This document shows positions 37,986-48,543 of a DNA stretch of 64,000 bases, piece by piece. The stretch is taken from positions 2,336,001 through 2,400,000 of the forward strand of contig CBDCOH010000002.1 of the NCBI GenBank assembly GCA_965219685.1, in the 5' to 3' direction. Made by a program: the position numbers and the translations under genes. The stretch is from Candidatus Spongiisociaceae bacterium. Lineage in GTDB: Bacteria; Actinomycetota; Acidimicrobiia; Spongiisociales; Spongiisociaceae. The first letter of the stretch is position 1. Every line of letters starts with the position of its first letter. Below the pieces are notes generated by a model. That model made no database searches, was not told where the DNA came from, and worked only from the letters and a program-made list of their open reading frames with translations.

Positions 37986-38316
37986 TCACCAGCACTGGTC
38001 CGTAGCCGGTCGGAGCCACCCCGCCGCCCTTAGTCCATTCGTTCCAGTCGAGAACCATCTGCCTGAACCGTTTCGTACGGCCGCGCTCCCGTTCTCGACA
38101 GTGACAGCGATGCCGCCGTCGACCGGACTGACCGCTTGGACGTATCCCCGTTGGCGGACGAGCCCCTCGGCCTTTCCGTTCAGCGCATCGTCGGGGCCGT
38201 CGGCGGCGCCGCTGAGGGCGATCTGCACCATCGCCGCCCACCTCGGCTTTGAGCGACTCGGGCGAGCCGCTAGCGACGATCTTGCCGTGGTCGATGATGG
38301 CGATGATGTTTGTCAA
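37986..38316 (-). pseudogene. Frameshifted C-terminal fragment of a DrrA-like ABC ATP-binding protein
   Basis: IAIIDHGKIVASGSPESLKAEVGGD then shifted VQIAL..VTVENGSAAV. Confidence 0.7.
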
Positions 38317-38544
38317 GTCATCTATCTCGCTTGCATACCATCCCGCATTGGGTCACATCCCTTGCTGGGTGCGCGGATAGGTACCCAAGTTGAGAAAGCG
38401 GTCCGTGCGGCGGGTGGTGACTCCACAGCCAGGACAGGAGTTTCTTTGCGTAGGAGCAGCGGCGAATCCTGCGGCCGGCGCGAACACTGCCGCCGCCTAT
38501 CGCATACCTTCTTAATATGGCTGTGATTAACAGTACGTAATATC

Positions 38545-38590
38545 GGCACCTGGCGCCGCTGGCATCTGGCCATCTGACACCTGGCCCCTA
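38545..38590 (-). repeat. Degenerate 7-8-mer array after the permease stop
   Basis: TAG GGGCCAG GTGTCAG ATGGCCAG ATGCCAG. Confidence 0.6.
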
Positions 38591-39871
38591 CGTCTCACCC
38601 TTCCTGAACGGGAGGCCATCTGCGGCGGGCGGGCGGAGGCGGGAGGTGGCGAACAGCAGCACCACGAGTACTGCGATGTGGGGGGTGATAGCCGGGAGCT
38701 GGTTGGGCACGCCGGTCGAGTTGGCGTACCAGAAGCCGACTGCGATGGCGATGATCGCCAACTGCAGGGTGCCCAAGTGGCCACTCCGGCGTAGTAGTCG
38801 CCAGACGATCAGCAGGCCGACAGCGATGGCAACCAGCAGTAGGAGCGCGTGCGCTGCGTTCTCGTCCCGCAACCGCAGCGTCTCGGTGAATCCGAAGAGG
38901 ATGGCGCCCCGGGCGGTGCCGATCGGGTTCCAGTTGCCGAAGATCATGGTGGCCAGCCCTATGTAACCCTTTCCCTGGGTCTGGCCTTCCTTGTAGAGGC
39001 CGGACAGCTGGATAGCGAGGAAGCCGCCCCCCAGACCGGCGAGGCTTCCGCTGATCACCACGCCGTAGTACTTGTACTTGTAGACATTGACGCCCAGCGA
39101 GTCGGCGGCGTGGGGGTGCTCGCCGCAACTCCGCAATCGCAGACCGAACCGGGTCCGCCAGAGTACGAGTATCGACAGCGGGAGGATGAGAAAAGCGATC
39201 AGCGTCAACCACGACATCTGGAACATGAACCCCCGCAGGATCCCGGCCAGGTCCGACAACCAGAACACTTCGGCCCGCTCTATCGAACCCAGGATGTCGG
39301 GGCTCTTCCAGCCGAAGATGGTTCCGCCCGCAAGTATCGGCAGGGTGAAGTCACTCACACCGGTGATATTGGGCGACTGAGTGATCGATCCGCCGCGGTC
39401 CGTGAAGTGCAGGTCGGACAGGAAGCGGGTCAGCCCGGGCGCCATCAGGTTGACGGCTACCCCGGCGACTATGTGATCCACGTTGAAGCCGACCGCGGCC
39501 ACCGCCATCATCAAACCGCCCACGCCGCCGGCGATCGCCGCCAGCAACATCCCGACCCAGGGCCCGCCGACCAACGTTCCGAAAGCGCCGAACCAGGTCC
39601 CCAGGATCAGCATGCCCTCGAGACCGATGTTGACCACCCCGGACCGTTCCGCGAACACGCCGCCGAGTCCGGCCATGAGGATCGGGACAGACCAGGCAAG
39701 GGCGATCGACCATGTACCGCTCGAGGTCAGGTCATCGGTGGCCTGCTTGGCGAACGTCTGGGTGGCAGCCAGCAGGAGCACCGCGGCCAAGCTGTAGACA
39801 ATCCACCGTCGCCGTCCTTGCAGGAGGGCTTCCCGCAGGTCGATCACGGGTCTCTCACGCACCGTACTCAC
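38588..39871 (-). CDS. Nucleoside/sugar ABC permease
   Basis: ERSGVVNIGLEG, RLRSCGEHP.AADSLGVNV, GYIGLA.MIFGNW. Confidence 0.93.
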   Translation of the reverse strand: MSTVRERPVIDLREALLQGRRRWIVYSLAAVLLLAATQTFAKQATDDLTSSGTWSIALAWSVPILMAGLGGVFAERSGVVNIGLEGMLILGTWFGAFGTLVGGPWVGMLLAAIAGGVGGLMMAVAAVGFNVDHIVAGVAVNLMAPGLTRFLSDLHFTDRGGSITQSPNITGVSDFTLPILAGGTIFGWKSPDILGSIERAEVFWLSDLAGILRGFMFQMSWLTLIAFLILPLSILVLWRTRFGLRLRSCGEHPHAADSLGVNVYKYKYYGVVISGSLAGLGGGFLAIQLSGLYKEGQTQGKGYIGLATMIFGNWNPIGTARGAILFGFTETLRLRDENAAHALLLLVAIAVGLLIVWRLLRRSGHLGTLQLAIIAIAVGFWYANSTGVPNQLPAITPHIAVLVVLLFATSRLRPPAADGLPFRKGET

Positions 39872-40998
39872 GTGTCGGCCTCCTTGGCATCGACCCCCGG
39901 AGCTTCGACGACCTGTGCAGCCGCGGCCGCGGCCGCCTCGATCCGTCTGCGCCGTTGGGCCAGCGCGTAGGCGATCACCGCGAACAGGATGATGACCCCC
40001 ACCATGATCGTCACGATCTCCCGCGGGGCGTCACCCCTCACCTCCAGCACCCCGGACGCTCGTTCGAGCCAACCGAAGGCCACCGCGGCGATCGCGGCCC
40101 CGACCGCGTGGTTACGGCCCAGCAGGGCCACCGCGATGCCGGCGAAGCCCAAGCCCTGCGGGAACCGGAGGCTGTAGAAGTGCTGGTCACCGAGTAGGTC
40201 GGCCATTCCCACCAGCCCCGCAACCGCGCCGCTGATCAGCATGGCCAGAACGATGGTTCGTTTGGGCGGTACGCCGCTGGCCTCCGCCGCCCACGGGTTA
40301 GTCCCGGTCGCCCGCAGGTCGAACCCGAGCCGGGTCCGGTTGACCAAGAGGTGGTAGCCGACGCCTACTGCCGCCGCTACGAGGATGAAGCCGGTCAACT
40401 CCACGCGTTTGATCTCCCGGGTGACCAGTTCGAGGATCGGGTTGAGGCTCGGGAACCAGCCGGTGGTGGCGATGTCACCCAGGCGGGTGTCGAGGGACTC
40501 ACTCTCGATACTCCACCGTCCCAGCAGGAAGGAGACCACCCCGCCCACCGCGATGGCGTTGAGCATGATGGTGGAGATCACCTCGTGGACGTTGCGGGTC
40601 ACCTTCATCCATCCGGCCAGACCGGACCAGGCCGCACCTACCAGCATCGCCACGAGGATGATGATCAGAACGTGTAGCGGAGGGAACAACGAGCCCACAC
40701 CGGCACCGACGTAGGCGGCGAGGAAAGCCGCCAGGATGTACTGGCCCTCCACGCCGATCTGGAACAGGTTCATCCTCATGGCGATGGCGAACGCGATGCC
40801 GGAGAGGTAGAGGGGTGTAGCCCGGTTGAAGGCCTCGACAAGGGTCTCGAGCCGGGTGCCGTACTCAATGACGTTGCCGAAGGCGACGAAGGGGTTGGCG
40901 CCGGAGACAGCGAGTATGACCGAGGCGACGATGACGGCCAGTAGCACTGCGCCCACCGGCGGGCCCAGTACCCTGCGGACGGCTCGCAGCCTGTTCAT
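39868..40998 (-). CDS. Nucleoside/sugar ABC permease
   Basis: LF.IGVEGQY, HEVISTIMLN, GFAGIAVALLGRN. Confidence 0.93.
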   Translation of the reverse strand: MNRLRAVRRVLGPPVGAVLLAVIVASVILAVSGANPFVAFGNVIEYGTRLETLVEAFNRATPLYLSGIAFAIAMRMNLFQIGVEGQYILAAFLAAYVGAGVGSLFPPLHVLIIILVAMLVGAAWSGLAGWMKVTRNVHEVISTIMLNAIAVGGVVSFLLGRWSIESESLDTRLGDIATTGWFPSLNPILELVTREIKRVELTGFILVAAAVGVGYHLLVNRTRLGFDLRATGTNPWAAEASGVPPKRTIVLAMLISGAVAGLVGMADLLGDQHFYSLRFPQGLGFAGIAVALLGRNHAVGAAIAAVAFGWLERASGVLEVRGDAPREIVTIMVGVIILFAVIAYALAQRRRRIEAAAAAAAQVVEAPGVDAKEADT

Positions 40999-42506
40999 GC
41001 GGCGGCTCCGGTCATGTAAGCGCCGAGCTCGCGGGGGTTGACCAGCGCCGGATCAAGCCGGGCCACGATTTCGCCGCGCAACATGACCAGCAGCGTGTCG
41101 CTCAGCCCTATCAACTCCTCCAGGTCGGCGGAGATGAGCAGCACTCCCAGACCGTCGGCCCGCGCGCGGCGGAGTTCCTCCCAGATCGCCGCCTGCGATC
41201 CCACGTCGATGCCCCGTGTGGGGTGGGCCGCGATCAGCGGGTTGCATCTTGTAGCCATCTCCCGGCCCACGATCAGTTTCTGCTGATTCCCCCCCGAGAG
41301 GGCGTGGATGGGCGTCGAGACACCCGGAGTTCGCACGTCGAAGCGTCGGACCACACCCTCCGCATGATCCCTCGAGGCCTGCTCATCGATCCACAACCGG
41401 GAACTGCAGAACGGCTTGCTGGTCTGGTGACCCAGAATGCTGTTCTCCCAGACGGGCGCCGGGAGCAGCAGGCCTCTTCGGTGCCGATCCTCGGGTATGT
41501 AACCGAGTCCGGCCTCCCGCCTCCGACGCACAGACCACTCGGTTACATCCTCTCCATGCAGGCTGATCGACCCGGTGGTGACCGGTGTGATCCCGAGGAT
41601 GGCCTCGACCAATTCGCCCTGGCCGTTGCCCTCCACACCCGCCACCCCGACGATCTCACCGGTGTGCACGGCGAAGTCGACGTCGCGAAGCCTGGTCACC
41701 CCGGCGTCGTCGACCGCCGAGATTCCCCGGACCTCGACCACCGTCTCCTCGGTGTCCGTCGAGACACGCGCTCCCGGGGTGGGGAGCTCCGAGCCGACCA
41801 TCAACTCGGCGAGGTCGTGGGCGGTCACGTCGGCGGGATCCACGGTGGCGACCGAGCGCCCATGGCGGAGCACGGTGATCGTGTCGGCTATCGCCAGCAC
41901 CTCATCCAGCTTGTGATCGATGAATATGATCGTGTGGCCCTCCGCCTTGAGTTCCCGCATGTTGCGGAACAACTCCTCGACCTCCTGGGGGACGAGCACC
42001 GCGGTGGGCTCGTCGAGGATCAGGATGCGAGCCCCCCGGTAGAGGATCTTGATGATCTCGATCCGCTGGCGCTCACCCACCTCGAGCGTGTCGGCCGTGT
42101 CGTCAAGGTCCAACTGCAGGCCGTAGGCATCACCGAGCTCCTGGAGCCGGGCCCGGGCGGTGGGGAAGTCGATCACGGCGCCCTTGCCCGGTTCGGCACC
42201 CAGGATCACGTTCTCGAGGACCGTGAGGTTGTCGGCCAGCATGAAGTGCTGGTGGACCATTCCGATCCCGGCGTCGATCGCTTCCTTCGGGGAGGTGAAG
42301 TGCCGCTCTTCCCCGAAGATCTCGATCCGGCCCTCGTCTGCGGGCTGCATCCCGTAGATGATCTTCATCAGGGTTGACTTGCCCGCACCGTTCTCCCCAC
42401 AGATGGCGTGGATCTCGCCCGACCGGACCGTCAGGTTCACGTTGTCGTTCGCCACCACACCGGGGAAACGCTTGGTGACCCCCTCAAGCCGGATCGCGGC
42501 TGTCAT
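40995..42506 (-). CDS. Nucleoside/sugar ABC ATP-binding protein (two ABC domains)
   Basis: GENGAGKSTL, MVHQHF, LSGGNQQK. Confidence 0.95.
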   Translation of the reverse strand: MTAAIRLEGVTKRFPGVVANDNVNLTVRSGEIHAICGENGAGKSTLMKIIYGMQPADEGRIEIFGEERHFTSPKEAIDAGIGMVHQHFMLADNLTVLENVILGAEPGKGAVIDFPTARARLQELGDAYGLQLDLDDTADTLEVGERQRIEIIKILYRGARILILDEPTAVLVPQEVEELFRNMRELKAEGHTIIFIDHKLDEVLAIADTITVLRHGRSVATVDPADVTAHDLAELMVGSELPTPGARVSTDTEETVVEVRGISAVDDAGVTRLRDVDFAVHTGEIVGVAGVEGNGQGELVEAILGITPVTTGSISLHGEDVTEWSVRRRREAGLGYIPEDRHRRGLLLPAPVWENSILGHQTSKPFCSSRLWIDEQASRDHAEGVVRRFDVRTPGVSTPIHALSGGNQQKLIVGREMATRCNPLIAAHPTRGIDVGSQAAIWEELRRARADGLGVLLISADLEELIGLSDTLLVMLRGEIVARLDPALVNPRELGAYMTGAAA

Positions 42507-42543
42507 ACGTCCATCTGTCGAACAGCCAACCGGATCCTCCTGA

Positions 42544-44610
42544 TCAGCCCTGGTAGTCCGCCGGGTCCCTGCTCACGATAACGGCCCCGGACACGATCTG
42601 CTCCTTGAAGGCGTCCAGTTGGGCGGCGATGTCGTCGACGAACCCACCCGAAGTGGAATACCCCACTCCGTCGACCGACAGGTCGAACACCTGCGGCCCC
42701 GCCTGGAAAGTGCCGGTCTGGACCGCCTGGATCGTGTTGAACACCGCCACATCCACCCGCTTGAGCATCGAGGTCAGGATGTAGGACTGGAAGTCTCCGG
42801 CGGTCAGGTACTGGTCCGAGTCGACTCCGATGGCCCACACATGGGTGTCGTTGGCCTCCGAGTAGTCCTTGGCGGCCTGGAAGAGACCGGCCCCGGTGCC
42901 GCCCGCCGCGTGGTACACGACATCAGCGCCCTGCTCGAACATGGACTGGGCGATCACCCGGCCGGCCGCCGGATCGTTGAAGCCACCGAAGTCGGGGGGC
43001 TCGGTCACGTACTGCGAGAGAATCTGTATGGATGGATCCACGGCCTGCACACCCGCCAGGAACCCGGCCTCGAAAGCATGGATCAACGGGATGTTGACCC
43101 CGCCTATGTAGCCGACTATCCCCGACTCGGTCTTCAAGGCCGCGGCGGCGCCCACCAGGAAGGATCCCTGCTCCTCTGCGAAGATCAACCCGGCCACGTT
43201 GGGGGCGTCGACCGTCGAGTCCACGATGGCGAAGTTGGTCTCGGGGAACTCGGCCGCCACATTGGCCATCGGCTCACCGAACAGGAACCCGACCCCTATC
43301 ACGAGGTTGGCGCCTTCCGAGGCCTGGAGCGCCAGCAACTCCTCACGGTTGGTCCCGTCCTCGTTGGCCGAAGCCTCTGACGTTCCGACCGAGAGCTCGG
43401 CCGCCGCCCGGTCGAGACCCGCCGCCGCGGCATCGTTGAACGACTGGTCACCGCGACCGCCGATGTCGTATACCAACCCGATGTTCACGGGCTCACCCGC
43501 CTCCACCGCCGGGGGCGGGGCTATCGCGAGATCGGCCGGATCCCGGGTGACCGAAATCTGGCCCGAGACGATCCTGTCCTTCCAGTTCTCGAGCTGGCCG
43601 ACGATGTCGTCGACGAACCCACCCGAGGTCGAGTAGCCGACCCCGTCGACCGACAGGTCGAAGACCTGGGGACCCGCCTCGAAGGTACCGTCCTGGACAG
43701 CCTGGATCGTGTTGTATACGGCCACATCCACCCGCTTCAGCATCGAAGTCAGGATGTAGGACTGGAACTCACCGGCGGTCAGGTACTGGTCCGAGTCCAC
43801 CCCGATCGCCCACACATGGGTGTTATTGGCCTCCGAGTAGTCCTTTGCGGCCTGGAAGAGACCGGCCCCGGTGCCGCCCGCGGCGTGGTACACGACATCG
43901 GCGCCCTGCTCGAACATCGACTGGGCCACAACGCGGCCTGCCGCCGGATCGTTGAAACCGGCGAAGTCGGGAGGTTCGGTCACGTACTGAGAAATGACCG
44001 CTATGTCGGGGTCGATGGCCTGGACACCGGCCAGGAAGCCGGCTTCGAAAGCATGGATCAGTGGGATGTTGACACCACCTATGAAACCGACGGTGTTGGT
44101 CTCGGTCTTGAGTGCCGCAGCCACACCCACCAGGAACGATCCTTGCTCCTCGGCGAAGATCAACCCCGCCACGTTGGGAGCGTCCACGACCGAATCCACG
44201 ATGGCGAAGTTGGTCTCGGGGAACTCGGCCGCCACATTGGCCATCGGCTCGCCGAACAGGAACCCGACCCCGAACACAAGGTCGGCGCCCTCCGACGCCT
44301 GGAGCGCCAGCAACTCCTCACGGTTGGTCCCGTCCTCGTTGGCCGAAGCCTCCGAGAACTCGATGCCCAACTCGGAAGCGGCCCTATCGAGACCCGCCGC
44401 CGCCGCATCGTTGAACGACTGGTCACCCCGACCACCGATGTCATAGACCAAGCCGATCCTGATCGGCTCACCGGCCGGGACCTGGGTGGCTGCCGCGGTG
44501 TCGGAGGTCGCCTGGGCTGCGGTCGTACCCGGCTCCTCTTCGCCCCCACAAGCCGCTGCCAGCAGCGCTAAGGCCGCCAGCACGTAAAACAACCTCGTCT
44601 TCATCCGCAT
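42544..44610 (-). CDS. BMP/PnrA-family lipoprotein with two tandem domains
   Basis: Lipobox AAAC; GGRGDQSFND, EEQGSFLVG, IGVDSDQ, SMLKRVD each occur twice. Confidence 0.95.
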   Translation of the reverse strand: MRMKTRLFYVLAALALLAAACGGEEEPGTTAAQATSDTAAATQVPAGEPIRIGLVYDIGGRGDQSFNDAAAAGLDRAASELGIEFSEASANEDGTNREELLALQASEGADLVFGVGFLFGEPMANVAAEFPETNFAIVDSVVDAPNVAGLIFAEEQGSFLVGVAAALKTETNTVGFIGGVNIPLIHAFEAGFLAGVQAIDPDIAVISQYVTEPPDFAGFNDPAAGRVVAQSMFEQGADVVYHAAGGTGAGLFQAAKDYSEANNTHVWAIGVDSDQYLTAGEFQSYILTSMLKRVDVAVYNTIQAVQDGTFEAGPQVFDLSVDGVGYSTSGGFVDDIVGQLENWKDRIVSGQISVTRDPADLAIAPPPAVEAGEPVNIGLVYDIGGRGDQSFNDAAAAGLDRAAAELSVGTSEASANEDGTNREELLALQASEGANLVIGVGFLFGEPMANVAAEFPETNFAIVDSTVDAPNVAGLIFAEEQGSFLVGAAAALKTESGIVGYIGGVNIPLIHAFEAGFLAGVQAVDPSIQILSQYVTEPPDFGGFNDPAAGRVIAQSMFEQGADVVYHAAGGTGAGLFQAAKDYSEANDTHVWAIGVDSDQYLTAGDFQSYILTSMLKRVDVAVFNTIQAVQTGTFQAGPQVFDLSVDGVGYSTSGGFVDDIAAQLDAFKEQIVSGAVIVSRDPADYQG

Positions 44611-44741
44611 GGTTCCAATCCTCCTACTCCGAACCCCGGCAGGGATATCGCACCAGCATTCTACGCCTCTCTTGGTTTGCTAGCCAGCGAACGGAAGATT
44701 GGTAGCGGGTATTGATGCGGTTCCCAACGTAAATATAACAA

Positions 44742-44788
44742 CTACCACAGGTCGTTAACAACCGATAACAGATAACGGATAACTGCTA
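44742..44788 (-). repeat. Degenerate heptamers starting at the clpC stop
   Basis: TAGCAGT TATCCGT TATCTGT TATCGGT TGTTAAC. Confidence 0.8.
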
Positions 44789-47278
44789 CGAGCCGGAGTC
44801 GACCAGGTCGACAGGCGGGATGTCGGGAGTGTCGACCATCTCGAAGACCAACTCCTCGCCCTCGGGGTCGGTGTCCACCACGATGGTGGTTCCAGACGGA
44901 TACTCCCCGAGCAACACCTGCTCGGCCAGCGGATCCTCCAGGTACCGCTGTATCGCCCGCCTCAGCGGACGGGCGCCCAACTCCCGGTCGTATCCCCTCC
45001 GCACCAGGAAGGTCTTGGCGGAGTCGGTCAACACGAGGTCGAGCGCCTGGGTGGCGAGCTGTTCGCGATCCCTCACCAGCAGCAGGTCGACGATCTGCTT
45101 CACCTCGTCCTCGGTAAGGCGGTGGAAAACGATCACCTCGTCGATCCGGTTGAGGAACTCGGGGCGGAAGTGGCGCTTCAACTCGTCGGTCAACTTCTGC
45201 TTCATCTTCTCGTAGCTGACCTCGTCGTCCTCCTGCTGGAAACCGACCGACCGCTTGCGCAGGGAGTGGGATCCCAGGTTGGAGGTCATGATGATCACCG
45301 TGTTCTTGAAGTCGACGGCGCGGCCCTGAGCGTCCGTCAACCGACCGTCCTCGAGGATCTGGAGCAGCGTGTTGAACACATCGGAGTGAGCCTTCTCGAT
45401 CTCGTCGAACAGGACCACCGAGAAGGGCTTCCGGCGGACCGCCTCCGTGAGTTGCCCACCCTCGTCGTATCCCACGTAACCGGGCGGGGACCCGACCAGG
45501 CGGCTGACCGTGTGCTTCTCCATGTACTCGGACATGTCGAGTTGGATGAGCGAGTCCTCGTCCCCGAAGAGGAACTCCGCCAGCGCTTTCGCGGTCTCCG
45601 TCTTGCCCACTCCCGACGGCCCGAGGAATATGAACGAACCGCTGGGCCGTTTGGGATCCTTCAGTCCGGCTCTCGTGCGACGGATGGCCCGGCTGACCGC
45701 CGAAATCCCATCGTGCTGACCGATGATGCGTTTGTGCAGTTCCTCCTCCATGTGCACAAGGCGGGCGGTCTCCTCCTCGGTCAGGCGATGAACGGGGATC
45801 CCGGTCCACTGCGCCAGCACATCGGCTATCTCGTCCTCGTCGATGACCCAGTCGTCGGCTGCCGAACCCGTGCCCAGCTCGGAGGTCCGCCTGGCGCGAT
45901 CCGACAGCAGGGACCTCTCCTGGTCCCGCAACTGCGCCGCCCGCTCGAACTGCTGGGCGGAAACCGCCTTGAGCTTGTCGTTCCTCACCGCGCTCAACTG
46001 GTCGTCGATCTGCTTGAGCTGCGGGCTGGAACTGCGCCGGAAGATGCGGTTGCGGCTTCCGGCCTCGTCGATGAGGTCGATGGCCTTGTCGGGTAGGAAC
46101 CGATCGGAGATATAGCGGTCGGCCAGGTTGGCGGCCATCTTCAGCGCACTGTCCGTGAACCGTACGGAGTGATGGGCCTCGTAGCGATCCTTGAGGCCGT
46201 GCAGGATGAGAACCGTCTCCGCAACGGTCGGTTCGTCAACATGGATCGGCTGGAACCGGCGTTCGAGCGCCGAGTCCTTCTCCAGGTACTTCCGGTACTC
46301 CTCGAGGGTGGTGGCGCCGACCGTCTGGAGTTCGCCACGGGCCAGCATCGGCTTGAGGATGCTGGCGGCGTCGATGGCGCCCTCGGCGGCGCCCGCCCCG
46401 ACCAGCGTGTGGATCTCGTCGATGAACAGGATGATGTCACCCCGGCTCTTGATCTCCTTAAGGACCTTCTTGAGCCGCTCCTCGAAGTCTCCGCGATACC
46501 GGGAGCCGGCCACCAGGGCGCCGAGGTCCAGCGTGTAAATCTGCTTGGCGCTGAGCGTGTCGGGAACCTCTCCCGCCACGATGCGCTGGCCCAGGCCCTC
46601 CACGATGGCGGTCTTGCCCACACCCGGTTCGCCGATCAGGACCGGGTTGTTCTTCGAGCGCCGGGAGAGAATCTGCATCACTCTCTCGATCTCGGTCTGG
46701 CGCCCGATCACCGGGTCCAACACGTGGTCACGCGCCATCTGGGTGAGGTTGCGACCGAACTGGTCCAGCACCGTGGACCCCGACGCGGTGGACCCCCGGC
46801 CGGACGGCGCGGTGCTGGCAGGCGCCGGATCGTCGCCCCCGGACGCCCCAGACAGCAACTGGATGACGGTATGGCGGACCTTGGGGAGGTCGGCGCCGAG
46901 TTTCTCCAGGACCTGGGCGGCGACGCCATCCCCCTCCCGGATCAGGCCGAGGAGTATGTGCTCGGTGCCGATGTAGTTGTGGCCCAATTGCAGCGCCTCG
47001 CGCAAGCTCAACTCCAGCACCTTCTTGGCGCGCGGCGTGAAGGGTATGTGGCCGGACGGGGACTGATGTCCCTGGCCGATCGTCTCGACCACCTGGCTAC
47101 GCACCGAGTCGAGACGGATGCCGAGGCCCTGGAGCGCACGAGCGGCCACACCCTCACCCTCATGAATGAGGCCGAGCAGGATGTGCTCCGTGCCGATGTA
47201 GTTGTGGTTGAGCAGCCGGGCCTCTTCCTGTGCCAGGACCACGACCCGGCGGGCCCGGTCGGTGAAGCGTTCAAACAC
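44786..47278 (-). CDS. clpC: ATP-dependent Clp protease ATP-binding subunit ClpC
   Basis: [12 protein letters not shown]-domain, GEPGVGKT and GPSGVGKT Walker A motifs, UVR middle domain, VGF loop. Confidence 0.98.
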   Translation of the reverse strand: MFERFTDRARRVVVLAQEEARLLNHNYIGTEHILLGLIHEGEGVAARALQGLGIRLDSVRSQVVETIGQGHQSPSGHIPFTPRAKKVLELSLREALQLGHNYIGTEHILLGLIREGDGVAAQVLEKLGADLPKVRHTVIQLLSGASGGDDPAPASTAPSGRGSTASGSTVLDQFGRNLTQMARDHVLDPVIGRQTEIERVMQILSRRSKNNPVLIGEPGVGKTAIVEGLGQRIVAGEVPDTLSAKQIYTLDLGALVAGSRYRGDFEERLKKVLKEIKSRGDIILFIDEIHTLVGAGAAEGAIDAASILKPMLARGELQTVGATTLEEYRKYLEKDSALERRFQPIHVDEPTVAETVLILHGLKDRYEAHHSVRFTDSALKMAANLADRYISDRFLPDKAIDLIDEAGSRNRIFRRSSSPQLKQIDDQLSAVRNDKLKAVSAQQFERAAQLRDQERSLLSDRARRTSELGTGSAADDWVIDEDEIADVLAQWTGIPVHRLTEEETARLVHMEEELHKRIIGQHDGISAVSRAIRRTRAGLKDPKRPSGSFIFLGPSGVGKTETAKALAEFLFGDEDSLIQLDMSEYMEKHTVSRLVGSPPGYVGYDEGGQLTEAVRRKPFSVVLFDEIEKAHSDVFNTLLQILEDGRLTDAQGRAVDFKNTVIIMTSNLGSHSLRKRSVGFQQEDDEVSYEKMKQKLTDELKRHFRPEFLNRIDEVIVFHRLTEDEVKQIVDLLLVRDREQLATQALDLVLTDSAKTFLVRRGYDRELGARPLRRAIQRYLEDPLAEQVLLGEYPSGTTIVVDTDPEGEELVFEMVDTPDIPPVDLVDSGS

Positions 47279-47453
47279 GACCCCGTCAACCTCCGTGGGT
47301 TCAGCGGCTCTGCTTCCTACACGTACAAGCTTAAGCCCACTTGGTACTTACGTTAGGACTATACCCCCCATGAGCGACGTCGCGCGATCTGGATCGTCCC
47401 TCCGACCCGCTTACCATAGGCGAAGTAGGTGACCGGAGTAGGCAGCGGCAGAG

Positions 47454-48449
47454 ATGATGACCAACGTCCTGCGGGACTTCATCGACATCCCCCGACTCTG
47501 GGAGCGGATCGACCGCGTGGAGGAACGGCTCTTCGAGGTCTCCACCTCCGACGACCCGTTCCTCACCGAGATCGCCCAGCACCTGCTGGCTGCCGGCGGC
47601 AAGAGGTTCCGTCCCGTCCTCTCCCAGTTGGCAGCCGAGTTCGGACCCGCCCGTGACGATCGGTTGATCGAGGCCGGAGCGGCCGTCGAGTTGATCCACG
47701 TCGGCTCGCTCTACCACGACGACGTGATCGACGGTGCGGAGACACGCCGGGGAACGGTGTCGGTGAACACCAAGTGGGGGAACGCCCAAGCGATCCTAGC
47801 CGGCGACTTCCTCATCGCCAGGGCGTCGGAGTTGGCGGCCGCCAGCCTGGGCCTGGAAACCGTGAGGCTCCTCGCCCGTACCTACACGGACTTGGTCGCG
47901 GGACAGGCCCTGGAACTACGGTTGACCGGCGACCTGGCCCACGGACCTGCCGAGCACTACCGGGTGATGGGCGGCAAGACCGCCAGCCTGATAAGAACCG
48001 CGGCGCGCATGGGCGCCCTTGCCGCCGATGCGCCCTCCCGGTACGTGGAGGCGCTGTCCGTCGCCACGTGGGAACTGGGAATGGTGTTCCAGATCACCGA
48101 CGACGCCCTCGATCTCGTGGCCACCGAAGAACAGCTGGGCAAGCCCGCCGGCAGCGACATCCACCAGGGCGTGTACACCCTTCCCGTTCTCCGGGCGCTC
48201 GAAGGTCCGTCGGGCGCCCGGATCTCGGCGCTCCTGGCCGGCGGCATGCCTTTCGCGGAATCGACGGTGGCGGAGGTGATCGACCTCGTGCAGGAGGGCG
48301 GATACATCGAGGAGATCATCGACGAGTGCGTGAGCCGCCTGGACGTCGCTTCGGGGGCGATCGCCTCGCTGCCGGACATCGAGGCCCGTTCGGTCCTCCA
48401 AGAGATGGGTAGCTTCCTCGTGAACCGGGTGGAAGTGGTTGGTTGCTAG
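47454..48449 (+). CDS. Polyprenyl diphosphate synthase
   Basis: GGKRFRP, HDDVID..RRG, FQITDD.LD. Confidence 0.95.
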   Translation: MMTNVLRDFIDIPRLWERIDRVEERLFEVSTSDDPFLTEIAQHLLAAGGKRFRPVLSQLAAEFGPARDDRLIEAGAAVELIHVGSLYHDDVIDGAETRRGTVSVNTKWGNAQAILAGDFLIARASELAAASLGLETVRLLARTYTDLVAGQALELRLTGDLAHGPAEHYRVMGGKTASLIRTAARMGALAADAPSRYVEALSVATWELGMVFQITDDALDLVATEEQLGKPAGSDIHQGVYTLPVLRALEGPSGARISALLAGGMPFAESTVAEVIDLVQEGGYIEEIIDECVSRLDVASGAIASLPDIEARSVLQEMGSFLVNRVEVVGC

Positions 48450-48463
48450 TAATACTCAACCAT

Positions 48464-48543
48464 TCACCACTCACCACTCACCACTCACCATTCACCACTC
48501 ACCACTCACCATTCACCACTCACCACTCACCACTCACCACTCA
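48464..48543 (-). repeat. (TCACCAY)x11 heptamer array overlapping the lysS stop
   Basis: 9 TCACCAC and 2 TCACCAT units; minus strand TGAGTGG. Confidence 0.95.
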
